Origin: Promethearchaeum syntrophicum
Lineage (GTDB): Archaea; Asgardarchaeota; Lokiarchaeia; Sigyniarchaeales; Promethearchaeaceae
Direction of reading: 5' to 3'
Length of the DNA: 32,000 nt
NCBI RefSeq assembly: GCF_008000775.2
Contig: NZ_CP042905.2
Span: forward strand, 480,001-512,000
Positions 7,698 through 16,222 of this stretch are shown here, in pieces. The notes beneath the pieces were generated by a model, which had not been told where the DNA came from, made no database searches, and worked only from the letters and a program-made list of their open reading frames with translations. Within the stretch, counting starts at the first letter, position 1; the number at the start of each line of letters is the position of its first letter. The position numbers were made by a program, and so were the translations under genes.

Positions 7698-8759
7698 ATG
7701 AAAATCAGCAGAATTTTTGTGATGATTTTTGGAATTTCAATTCCGATATATATTTTGTATTTATTTTATTTTCGTGAAGATATTGAATTTTTATTAACAT
7801 GGCTTCCAAGTGATTGGGGGTATAATAGTGTAATCATCTGGACATCGGCTAATGTGGTTGCCCCTATATTATATTGTTTTGGTTGGCTATATTTTAACTT
7901 CATTTTAGCTAAAAGATTTGCTTCAACCTTTGAATTAATGCAAGAAACATCTAGTATGATATCTGCTCATTATATTTTATTTTATGGTGTTTGTGCACTT
8001 GCAATGCTTGTTTCTTTCCTAATTCCAATTTTAACACCAATTGTTGGAATCCTTGCTTTTTCATCACTTGCATTTAATCTTTCAACTAGAAAATCTAATT
8101 GGGAAGATTTTGATAAGAAAAAGAAAAGTTGGGTAAAAGTTTTTATATTCATTGTTGATATTCCTGTAATTTTTTGCTCAATTCTCGTTATTCCGGAAAT
8201 AATTTCGATTTCTGTTACTTTTTTCTTAGCATTTATGAATGTGATGATAGAACCTCTTTATACATCCATTAGAGCACTGGGTGTAGCTCTCCCGATAGGA
8301 AATTTCATTTTACTTTATCAAAATGCCACTCAAAGTAGTAATGTCGGAAAACGGCTTGATCTTTCTGGTAAGAAAAATTTAAATATTGCTATGGTTGAAA
8401 TCTTGATCGCCGCATCTTTTATATTTTTAGAATATAGATTAGTTCCAACAAGTACTGGATATCAATTCTTCCAATATCTTTACTATATTGGTATTATTTT
8501 CTGGATTTTATCATTTATTGCAAATATCGTTCAAGGAAGAAACAAAAAAGGGACCTTTAATCAAGAAGGAGTTCCACCACAAAGTCCACTTTCTCTCGTA
8601 ATGTATGGAATATTTTGGGTTGCTACAATGGTATTTGGAAATAAAACTTTAGTAATAGATGAATGGGTACGTTATTTAGTGGTTAGCTTAGGTGGTTTCA
8701 TCTTTATTGCGATATTTCTTCTCATTTTCATAGGGCATCCCGATATTGAAGACACTTAA
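7698..8759 (+). CDS. Polytopic membrane protein (about 9-10 predicted TM helices), function unknown
   Basis: 353 aa with uninterrupted hydrophobic segments throughout. Flanked by oligo-T runs on both sides. No catalytic motif recognised. Confidence 0.6.
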   Translation: MKISRIFVMIFGISIPIYILYLFYFREDIEFLLTWLPSDWGYNSVIIWTSANVVAPILYCFGWLYFNFILAKRFASTFELMQETSSMISAHYILFYGVCALAMLVSFLIPILTPIVGILAFSSLAFNLSTRKSNWEDFDKKKKSWVKVFIFIVDIPVIFCSILVIPEIISISVTFFLAFMNVMIEPLYTSIRALGVALPIGNFILLYQNATQSSNVGKRLDLSGKKNLNIAMVEILIAASFIFLEYRLVPTSTGYQFFQYLYYIGIIFWILSFIANIVQGRNKKGTFNQEGVPPQSPLSLVMYGIFWVATMVFGNKTLVIDEWVRYLVVSLGGFIFIAIFLLIFIGHPDIEDT

Positions 8760-8760
8760 A

Positions 8761-8769
8761 TTTTTTTTT
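8761..8769 (+). terminator. Oligo-T (T9) terminator candidate after membrane-protein gene
   Basis: The T9 run starts 2 nt after the TAA at 8757-8759, in the 15-nt gap to the convergent HAD gene. Confidence 0.35.
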
Positions 8770-8774
8770 CTCAC

Positions 8775-9395
8775 CTATGATAAGAAATTTTGAAGATTTT
8801 CTACATTGATAAAGTCAACCTGGGCATTTTGTGCAGCTTGCTCATCCACAACTGAATCTCCAATAAAAAGAACATTTTCACGTTTTAAATTATATGCGTT
8901 AATTACTCGAAGGATACCTTCTGGATTGGGTTTGGCATTTTCAACATCGTCTCGTCCAATGATTATCTTAAACTTATGAACCATTCCGCGTTGAATTAAT
9001 ATTTCCATAATAGTTTCATGGAAATTTGAGCTTATTATTCCAAAAAACGTATCATAGTGGATTATTTCTCCGATTTTATCTAATCCTTGATTAGCCAGCC
9101 ACATTGGAGAGTATTTTTTCTCATTTGCCGCGTCTACTTCACGATTTTCTAAATAATTATAGTAAAATTGTTTTTCATCTTCTCCCTTTTCTTTCTTAAT
9201 ATAGTCAAACATTGCATAAAATCGATTGAAATGAGTAATTTCTTCTCCAAATTTCGACTTGTAATGATTCAAAATATAATCTTTAATTTCTCCCCAAGAA
9301 ATATGTAAATCAAATAACGTGCCATCGAAATCAAAAAGAATTGAAGAACAAGTTTTAAGTATAGATTCTAATTTTTCCTTGGAATTAACAATCAT
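8775..9395 (-). CDS. HAD-superfamily hydrolase (phosphoglycolate-phosphatase-like subfamily IA)
   Basis: Four HAD motifs are present: motif I 'ILFDFDGTLFD', motif II 'IISSN', motif III Lys in 'AKPNPEG', and motif IV 'FIGDSVVDEQAA'. Confidence 0.85.
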   Translation of the reverse strand: MIVNSKEKLESILKTCSSILFDFDGTLFDLHISWGEIKDYILNHYKSKFGEEITHFNRFYAMFDYIKKEKGEDEKQFYYNYLENREVDAANEKKYSPMWLANQGLDKIGEIIHYDTFFGIISSNFHETIMEILIQRGMVHKFKIIIGRDDVENAKPNPEGILRVINAYNLKRENVLFIGDSVVDEQAAQNAQVDFINVENLQNFLS

Positions 9396-9452
9396 TTTTT
9401 GCTTCTACGGTAAAATTAGATTCAAGAGTTAAAAAATATTAGTTATTAGTTT

Positions 9453-10772
9453 TTAATATAGAAAATTCCGACGATCCGAGTGATCTTTCTTTGATTTATT
9501 TTTATTTGGATTATAACTCGATCTTCTAGGTTGAGATTTTTGATCTGTTCTTCTATATCCTTGCTTTTGAGAACTTTGTTTATTTGATCCTCTATTCCAA
9601 TTTTCATTTCCTTGTCTTTTAGGTAGTGGTCTTTTTTCAATTTCCTTATTCATGAATCCTTCAATTCGTGTTAACGTTCTATATTGATCTGATTGAACCA
9701 ATGAAATAGCAGTACCTTTCTCGACTTTTCCTGAAGTTCCAGTAACTCGCGCAGTTCGTCCAATTCTGTGAACATAGTTTTCTTCGAATTCAGGCAGGTC
9801 ATAATTAAAGACATGGCTGACTTTTTCAATATCAAGACCGCGAGCGGCGACATCAGTAGCTATCAAACAATTTATTTTCCTTTTTCTGAATTTGTCTAAT
9901 ACTACTTCTCTTTTTCGTTGAGTTAGATTTCCTGATATGAGTTCTGGTTTCAAATTAAGGTTTTTCTCGTCAATTATTCTACCAAAAAGCCAATCTCCAG
10001 TTCTTTTTGTGTTCACGAATATCATACAATGTTTTGGGTGTTCCTTTCGAATTATTCTGATGAAATGGTAATATTTATCGCGTTTATCATCAAACATGTA
10101 ATAAAATTGATGGCAATTTCCCACCGTTAAGGAATCCTTGGAAACATCGATTTCAATAATGTTTTTTCCATGAGTAAACCGCTTAGCTAGAGATTTTACC
10201 TGCTCTAACATGGTTGCTGAAAAAAGCATCATCCTTGGAGTTAAATTTTTCATCGCTTGTAAAAGAAGAAATTCAATGTCAGGCATAAAGCCCATATCTA
10301 ACATCCGATCTGCTTCGTCTAAAACTACGAATTTCACTTCTCGAAAATTAATTCTATTACGATTGTATAAATCAATTAAACGCCCCGGTGTTGCTACGAC
10401 GATTTGTGAACCGTCTTGGATCGTTCTTATTTGTCGTTCTATAGAGACTCCACCATATACTTGGACAATATTTAACTTTGAAAATTGTGTCAGAGAAACG
10501 AAAACTTCTGCAACCTGTTTACATAATTCTCGCGTTGGAACTAGAATAATTGCTTGTATTTTTTTTTGATTATTATCTATATTTTGCGCTATTGGAATTG
10601 CAAATGCTAATGTTTTTCCTGAACCCGTTCTTGCTTGAGCCATGATATGGCTCTTTGGATTGTCTAACGCTTGTGGAATTGTTTGTTTTTGGATTGGGGT
10701 TGGATTAAAAATCTCCATTTCCTCCAATCCTTGAAAAATCGCTTGTTTTAAATTCATATCTTGAAAATTCAT
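9453..10772 (-). CDS. DEAD-box ATP-dependent RNA helicase with basic low-complexity C-terminal tail
   Basis: Helicase motifs present: Q-motif 'FNPTPIQ', motif I 'AQARTGSGKTLAF', Ia 'PTRELC', II 'VLDEADRMLDMGF', III 'SAT', and VI 'HRIGRTAR'. The ORF track starts at TTG 10799; I prefer the ATG at 10772 ('MNFQDMNLKQ'). Confidence 0.9.
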   Translation of the reverse strand: MNFQDMNLKQAIFQGLEEMEIFNPTPIQKQTIPQALDNPKSHIMAQARTGSGKTLAFAIPIAQNIDNNQKKIQAIILVPTRELCKQVAEVFVSLTQFSKLNIVQVYGGVSIERQIRTIQDGSQIVVATPGRLIDLYNRNRINFREVKFVVLDEADRMLDMGFMPDIEFLLLQAMKNLTPRMMLFSATMLEQVKSLAKRFTHGKNIIEIDVSKDSLTVGNCHQFYYMFDDKRDKYYHFIRIIRKEHPKHCMIFVNTKRTGDWLFGRIIDEKNLNLKPELISGNLTQRKREVVLDKFRKRKINCLIATDVAARGLDIEKVSHVFNYDLPEFEENYVHRIGRTARVTGTSGKVEKGTAISLVQSDQYRTLTRIEGFMNKEIEKRPLPKRQGNENWNRGSNKQSSQKQGYRRTDQKSQPRRSSYNPNKNKSKKDHSDRRNFLY

Positions 10773-11009
10773 GTGCTTTACCTTGAAAAAAAGTATCAAA
10801 TACTCAAATAATTAAATGATTTATTGATAAAGAAATTTTTGGTTGATGAATTCAAAATTTTAGACGACAAAAAAAATATAGAGGTTTATTTGGAATTTTC
10901 CTTAAAAAAACAATATAAATAGATGGATTTTTATTTTATTTATAACTGCGTTAGATTGAAATTTACAACCAAAACATAAACAAAAACAAAGTTACAAGAA
11001 GATAATAGG

Positions 11010-11174
11010 ATGATTCCCTTGACAGTAGAGGTTAAAACAATGAAAGATTCGATGATATGTAGTAAATGCGGATCTCTAATGGCATATCGAAGGAGAATTA
11101 CATTTCGAGGGACCACTATTAAGATAAAGCAGTGTACTGTTTGTAAACATTATGAATCATTGAACAATATCTAA
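11010..11174 (+). CDS. Small zinc-ribbon protein (54 aa; not in supplied ORF track)
   Basis: My own translation is MIPLTVEVKTMKDSMICSKCGSLMAYRRRITFRGTTIKIKQCTVCKHYESLNNI*, with the pattern CxxC-x21-CxxC. It lies in an otherwise empty ~410-nt gap, on the same strand as and 37 to 79 nt upstream of the next gene. An alternative start is the ATG at 11040. Confidence 0.45.
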   Translation: MIPLTVEVKTMKDSMICSKCGSLMAYRRRITFRGTTIKIKQCTVCKHYESLNNI

Positions 11175-11253
11175 TTATATTGAATAATGATGTTTTTTTC
11201 GATAATTTTTATTGAAAATTCTTTATATCTCGCTAATCCATTTGTATCTTAGT

Positions 11254-13071
11254 ATGATTTTGAACGAATTTTCACCGACACATCATGCAATTTTATTTGG
11301 ATATATAGCCAAAGAAATTATTTCATCTTATGACCAAAAAGGTATTTATGCATTAAAGCAAGCAATTAGAAGATATGGAAAGGAACGCGGTCAACGAATG
11401 GCTCAAAGAGCGATTTTTAATGGAGATGAACTTTCAATGGAAAATTTCTTAGCCTATGGAGAATGGATTCCTGGGTCTGAACCTATGGTTAGTACAGTTG
11501 TGAAAACGACTCCAAATTTAATAACTCATATCCAACGATGTCCATGGGTAGATGCGTGGAATCAAGAAAATCTTCTAGAATTTGGAAAGATTTATTGTTC
11601 AGTGATTGATGAAGCTCTTGTAAATGGATTTAATTCGGATTTAACACTGAAAATCCATTCTACTCTCTCTTTCGGAGATAATAATTGTGAGTTTGAATAC
11701 TGCAACGTTGCCCTTACTCCTGAAGTTCAAAAATCAATTGATGAAAAAAAAATTCAATTGGGAAAATCGAGATTAAAATCTTGGGAATATCATACGGCAC
11801 ACCTTTATTTTACATTGCTTAATGAACTGCAAAAAGAATTTGGGGAAGATGTAAAAACCATAGTTATTAATGCATTAGCTAAATTTGCTAAAAATTTTGG
11901 TCAAAACCTTCAAAATGTTGTCTTATCATACAATAATATCGATTTTACAACTATTCACTATCCAACAACCAAAATCACTATTATAGGATTCGGACATCTA
12001 ATGCAATCTTTGTTTTCAAGTATTAGAGAATTTATCGGGCAAGAAAATATCGGTGTTAATGTAAATGCGACTACAGCAGACCAGAATATTAATACAAGAC
12101 AAAATTTAGAAAAAGATTTCGGAATCAAATTATATTTTCAAAATAATTTACTAGCACTTCAAAACCTTCATCCTGATATAATTTTTTTCGCTCCCCCCCC
12201 TAACATCGCTCCTTCTCTCATTGAATCGGATTTAAAAGATTATATACAACATTTAAGAAAACAGAACCTTCCTTTACCTGATATTGTAGCATTTCCTCCT
12301 ATTCCTCCTAATCCTTTTTATCAAGAAATTCTTGGAGAAGATATTCGAATATGTACAGTGTTGCCAAATGACATAAGGGAAATTGAAAGCATTCCTCTCT
12401 ACCATGAAGGGCATCATTTTTGTTCGTTCTCTTCTAATTGGCCAATTAAAAATTATGAACGAATCTATCAACTTTTTATTAGGTTTGGAGAAATGATTGA
12501 TATACCCCTAAATGAAGTTTTACCATTGCTCATAACGAGAGTAGTTGTTAGTGGTTTAGCTTATTTCGCCATTTCCCTCCAAAATTTAGAGATTCCAATA
12601 CTAATAATTGATAAAAAGATATCAATCCAATCAATTTCAAAAATATGGGATATTCAATTTAAATTAATAACCAGAAATTACTCTAAAGAAAATAAATTTG
12701 AAAATTTTGCCTCGAAAATCGCCCTAGAAAAGATCTTTTCCAGTTTTTATGATGGTCTGGTTGGATATATGAAATCTCAATCCCTTAACAATGCAAAGTA
12801 TCAAACCATTGTAAATAAAATGATAGATCTGATTTTTCGTTTAATGAAAAACTCTCATAAGAAAGAACTTAACCAAAACATAATAACTGCAGCGACCAAA
12901 GGAGGATTATTAGAGCTTTGCATGAGATTTTATGATAGAAACATATTTCCAAGATTAAATAAGTTGGAGCTTGATGAAAATGTTAACCAAATCGTTTATA
13001 ACGAGTTATCGGTGGAATTCACGCAGATGTGTAATGCAATTTTGAATCATGGAAAAAATTTGTTAAAATAA
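11254..13071 (+). CDS. Fusion protein: N-terminal L-2-amino-thiazoline-4-carboxylate (ATC) hydrolase-like domain + C-terminal pyrroline-5-carboxylate-reductase (ProC)-like domain
   Basis: The N-terminal ~230 aa resemble the ATC-hydrolase family: 'RRYGKERGQRMAQRA', 'CPWVDAW', 'GKIYCSVIDEALVNGFN', 'GDNNCEF'. The C-terminal half aligns by eye with ProC: 'ITIIGFGHLMQSLF' with IGFIGCGNMG, 'PDIIFFAPPPN' with ADIIFAAVKP, 'ICTVLPN' with IRAMPN, 'FIRFGE' with FRCFGE, and 'ITAATKGGLLEL' with VCSPGGTTIEA. The track start is TTG 11212; I prefer the ATG at 11254. Confidence 0.5.
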   Translation: MILNEFSPTHHAILFGYIAKEIISSYDQKGIYALKQAIRRYGKERGQRMAQRAIFNGDELSMENFLAYGEWIPGSEPMVSTVVKTTPNLITHIQRCPWVDAWNQENLLEFGKIYCSVIDEALVNGFNSDLTLKIHSTLSFGDNNCEFEYCNVALTPEVQKSIDEKKIQLGKSRLKSWEYHTAHLYFTLLNELQKEFGEDVKTIVINALAKFAKNFGQNLQNVVLSYNNIDFTTIHYPTTKITIIGFGHLMQSLFSSIREFIGQENIGVNVNATTADQNINTRQNLEKDFGIKLYFQNNLLALQNLHPDIIFFAPPPNIAPSLIESDLKDYIQHLRKQNLPLPDIVAFPPIPPNPFYQEILGEDIRICTVLPNDIREIESIPLYHEGHHFCSFSSNWPIKNYERIYQLFIRFGEMIDIPLNEVLPLLITRVVVSGLAYFAISLQNLEIPILIIDKKISIQSISKIWDIQFKLITRNYSKENKFENFASKIALEKIFSSFYDGLVGYMKSQSLNNAKYQTIVNKMIDLIFRLMKNSHKKELNQNIITAATKGGLLELCMRFYDRNIFPRLNKLELDENVNQIVYNELSVEFTQMCNAILNHGKNLLK

Positions 13072-13103
13072 TGAACGAAAAATAAAAATTGATAAAAACT
13101 TTC

Positions 13104-13424
13104 TTAATTTTCTAAATCAAGTTTATCAATAACTTGTTGAATCGTCATATCGGGAGCTTTAATGAGAAATATTTTTGTATGAGAAGTGTGACCTCTAATT
13201 ATAGAAATACTAGATTTAGAAATACCTATTGTTTTACTCAATAGTTTAATAATTGAATTATTAGCTTTCCCTTTAACGGGGGGACTATTAATATCAACCC
13301 GAAGCATTTCACCATCTTGATAAATTCTGTTCCGTTTAGAGTTTGTTTTAACATTAATCTTAACAATGTAGCTGCCTAGATGGTTCGGATCTACAGTAAC
13401 TGATTTATTTCCTTTTTCTCTCAT
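13104..13424 (-). CDS. DUF167 / YggU-family protein
   Basis: 'LRVDINSPPVKGKANNSIIKLLSKTIGISKSSISIIRGHTSHTKIFLI' matches the YggU core '.A.P..G.AN..L...L.......KS.V.I..G..SR.K...I'. Confidence 0.75.
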   Translation of the reverse strand: MREKGNKSVTVDPNHLGSYIVKINVKTNSKRNRIYQDGEMLRVDINSPPVKGKANNSIIKLLSKTIGISKSSISIIRGHTSHTKIFLIKAPDMTIQQVIDKLDLEN

Positions 13425-13437
13425 GATTATTTACACG

Positions 13438-14604
13438 TTATTTTATTTTTCGAATATATTCATTTCCAAAAGTTTCCTGTCCTCCAACCAAAATCTGGTA
13501 TGTTTTGATCGGTTTCAAATCATTAAAGCCTGGAACATTAATGCATTCCTGTAAGAGTCCTCGGATCTCTACATCATCCCCATTATTATAATATCCCACA
13601 AGTTCATGCTCATAGACAATTAAGCGAGTAATATCTTGTGGACTAGCTTTTGTTTCATCTTTGATAGTTTCGCATGAGATCTTAAATAAGCTAGGATAAT
13701 AATAACCAAATTCACATGATTCGATTTTAGCTTGAATGGTGATATTTTTAATAGATTTAAAAATAGTTTCAGGAGAAAATAAGGGATATCTCAATAATTC
13801 CTGAAGATTTGGGGCAAAAGTAATGGATACTTTCCTATTATTGAAGAATATAAGATAGTTTTTTTTATAGATATACTCAAAACACTCTTCCATCGGGAGC
13901 CCAGTTTTAATTGCCATTTTCTCCGCTAGAGGAAGAATCTCGATTTTTTTGAACCTACGTAGTCCTTTGCTTTCAGATGATAAATTTTTTGAGTTATTAA
14001 CTATTTTAGTAAATTCTGTACCATATATCATAATATCAATATCAGAATTTTCGTGATGAGCTCTCCATAGTATTGATCCAGTGATTCCAATTTTTGAAAT
14101 ATTGATTTTAAAAAAGGATTCCAATGTAGTACCAACTTCAATTGATTCTCTTTCTAAATTATCAAGTTTTTGTTTTTCACTGAAATCTTTGGATATAAAC
14201 GTTGATAATAATTCTTTGAATCGTTGTTGTGGTTTCCAATGTTTTTGAATCTGGCTATGAGGGATCATTATCATTGGCATTTGAAATATTGTTGAAAAAG
14301 ATTTGTAAGCATTATATTCAATATTTGCATTGGCTGATTTTGAAGAGTAATTTGGTAATATTCTAACGAAGAGATCATTTGAATCTCTTTGTTTCCAATA
14401 TCTAAAGTCATGATTTTTTATTTTACTAATCGGATCGTTAGAAGGAATGAAATTCTGATGGGTATTTTTAGATTCTACAGGTGAGACTTTTTTATATTTT
14501 TGTAATGCAAAGATTCCTTTTTTAGTGTGGATTGAACCTATAACTTGGTAAATATCACCCTTCTCATCTTGTATATAATCTCGATCTTGAAAGATTTCGT
14601 TCAT
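13438..14604 (-). CDS. Pol-beta-superfamily nucleotidyltransferase-domain protein (archaeal COG1665-like)
   Basis: It carries the NTase signature hG[GS]-x10-DhDh in 'IGITGSILWRAHHENSDIDIMIYG'. Conserved N- and C-terminal extensions flank it. It starts 37 nt after the RecJ-like gene stop and is followed 13 nt later by the DUF167 gene. Confidence 0.6.
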   Translation of the reverse strand: MNEIFQDRDYIQDEKGDIYQVIGSIHTKKGIFALQKYKKVSPVESKNTHQNFIPSNDPISKIKNHDFRYWKQRDSNDLFVRILPNYSSKSANANIEYNAYKSFSTIFQMPMIMIPHSQIQKHWKPQQRFKELLSTFISKDFSEKQKLDNLERESIEVGTTLESFFKINISKIGITGSILWRAHHENSDIDIMIYGTEFTKIVNNSKNLSSESKGLRRFKKIEILPLAEKMAIKTGLPMEECFEYIYKKNYLIFFNNRKVSITFAPNLQELLRYPLFSPETIFKSIKNITIQAKIESCEFGYYYPSLFKISCETIKDETKASPQDITRLIVYEHELVGYYNNGDDVEIRGLLQECINVPGFNDLKPIKTYQILVGGQETFGNEYIRKIK

Positions 14605-14641
14605 TTTTATTCCATTTAATCTTTTAATTTGAATTTTTCAT

Positions 14642-16024
14642 CTAATTATTATTAATTGAATTAATTATATCATCAATTTCGTTCGTGAGTAAAGGGTAAT
14701 TTTCAGGATCAATTCTCATCCCTCCGGCTAACCCATGTCCTCCTCCAGATCCTCCAAACCGATTAGTGATTTCTTTAATGATTGCATTTGTTCCTTTTCC
14801 ATTGTGATTCTTAATAAATAATTGAGAACATCTTACTGAAAATTTCATATTTCCTTCTTTCGCCATACCTCCGATAAAAAGAGCTTTTTCTTCATCATAA
14901 ATCTTATTGATTGTAGCAAAACTACCAATATTAGACCATCTACTAACATCAATTTTATTTGTTAGATCAACAAATATTGCCGATTTTGTTACAATTTTCT
15001 TCAATTTAAGAAATGTCGTTAAATTTGAAACAATTGCATTATTATGTTTATAATATTTAATTTTGAGATTTTTTGGTACATTATTTAGAGTTAACAATTT
15101 AAATGCTTCAGAAGGGTTATCATGACCAACAATGGAGATTAGAGCGGCATATTCAAAAACATGATGGAGTATCCCCTTTTTTTTGGGAAATGTTATATAT
15201 TCGCCCTTAAGTTCTGGAAGATTTAGTTCATTAACTACATTATTGATTTGGGCAGAATTTAAATCCGTAATTTTTAATTTGGGATCAATATTTAATTTTT
15301 GAAGAAGAATCCTCGCTTTATCTCGATCTCCCTCTAAACTGGGAATGTATGGTAAAATTGACATAGATAAAGCTTTATCTAATCTTTCAAATTGTCCTCC
15401 AAACGCGCAAATTCCTTTATGAAGTTCAATTTGTCCTAATTCGAGAGCTTCTTCAATCACAAGTTTATTATAAGATTTGTAGTTGTTGATATGATCTAAT
15501 GTGTCTCCACCCATTCCAATAGCTGCTAACCAAGCTAAATCTTTATTTCGTTCATCAATTTCCCTGGCAAATAAATAATTTAATGTAACTCCCACAATTT
15601 CTTTTAGACCATTTAATCCAAAGAGGGTAGGATTACAATTATATACATTTTCAGGAAATTCTCTCAGTGGATCTTTCTTGAATAAGTGGTGATCTATAAT
15701 GTATATATCAAAATTAGGATATTTTTCTAATAAATCGCAAATAATTGCTCCTGATGGTTCCAAATCTGAAAATATTATCGCGCAAGGGCTTTTAAATGAT
15801 TTTCCTAAGTTAAATATATAATTTTTCCAAGAAACATCAAGATTAAATGCATATTGTTTAAATTTAAGACCTAGTCTCTCGAGCATTTTTTTAATTATAG
15901 CACCTGAGCTAATTCCGTCTGCATCTGTGTGGTGAATAGATATGATTTCTTTATATTTTGCTTTATTTTCTAAAAATTCTAATGCTGTCGTTTCTAAATA
16001 ATTTTCAAATTTCTGGTTAATCAT
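14642..16024 (-). CDS. DHH/DHHA1 phosphoesterase, archaeal RecJ/Cdc45 (GAN)-like
   Basis: DHH motif I 'IHHTDADGISS', motif III 'YIIDHH' and DHHA1 'GGSGGGHGLAGG' are present. The size (~460 aa) fits archaeal RecJ/GAN homologues. The track start is TTG 16054; I prefer the ATG at 16024 ('MINQKFENY'). Confidence 0.8.
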   Translation of the reverse strand: MINQKFENYLETTALEFLENKAKYKEIISIHHTDADGISSGAIIKKMLERLGLKFKQYAFNLDVSWKNYIFNLGKSFKSPCAIIFSDLEPSGAIICDLLEKYPNFDIYIIDHHLFKKDPLREFPENVYNCNPTLFGLNGLKEIVGVTLNYLFAREIDERNKDLAWLAAIGMGGDTLDHINNYKSYNKLVIEEALELGQIELHKGICAFGGQFERLDKALSMSILPYIPSLEGDRDKARILLQKLNIDPKLKITDLNSAQINNVVNELNLPELKGEYITFPKKKGILHHVFEYAALISIVGHDNPSEAFKLLTLNNVPKNLKIKYYKHNNAIVSNLTTFLKLKKIVTKSAIFVDLTNKIDVSRWSNIGSFATINKIYDEEKALFIGGMAKEGNMKFSVRCSQLFIKNHNGKGTNAIIKEITNRFGGSGGGHGLAGGMRIDPENYPLLTNEIDDIINSINNN

Positions 16025-16222
16025 CTTATACAAATGATATAACACATTACCCAAAATAAAAACACCAATTTTTTTTTATTCGATTCAAATCTTCATAAAT
16101 GTGATACAAGAAAACATCAAACCGAAGAAAATTTATGATAAAAAATGATGTTTATTAAATCTCTGTTAAAAATCTCTATAATCCTAAAAAAAAATTTAAA
16201 ATTTAGTAAAGTGTAAATTAAA

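Noticed and set aside
9446-9640. 64-aa minus-strand ORF
   Set aside because: An alternative frame over the C-terminal tail of the DEAD-box helicase. The helicase frame is continuous with the conserved core.
9671-9853. 60-aa minus-strand ORF
   Set aside because: An alternative frame inside the DEAD-box helicase (motif VI region).
10210-10569. 119-aa plus-strand ORF
   Set aside because: Antisense to the DEAD-box motifs I-III region, which is unambiguous on the minus strand.
10800-11009. C/D-box sRNA or other ncRNA in the larger intergenic gaps (10800-11009, 16055-16222, 20747-21035, 30413-30625)
   Set aside because: Only imperfect C-box-like strings are present ('TTGATGA' near 10842, 'ATGATGT' near 16146), with no appropriately spaced CTGA D box or terminal stem. 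The regions are otherwise plain A/T-rich promoter-like DNA.
12193-12200. C8 homopolymer (GCT CCC CCC CCT = A-P-P-P) inside the fusion-enzyme gene as a phase-variation tract
   Set aside because: It encodes the 'FFAPPPN' segment that aligns with the conserved ProC 'AVKP' strand region. There is no evidence of a frameshift, and a metabolic gene has no precedent for such switching. It is worth noting only as a sequencing-error-prone site.
12274-12471. 65-aa minus-strand ORF
   Set aside because: Antisense inside the ATC-hydrolase/ProC-like fusion gene.
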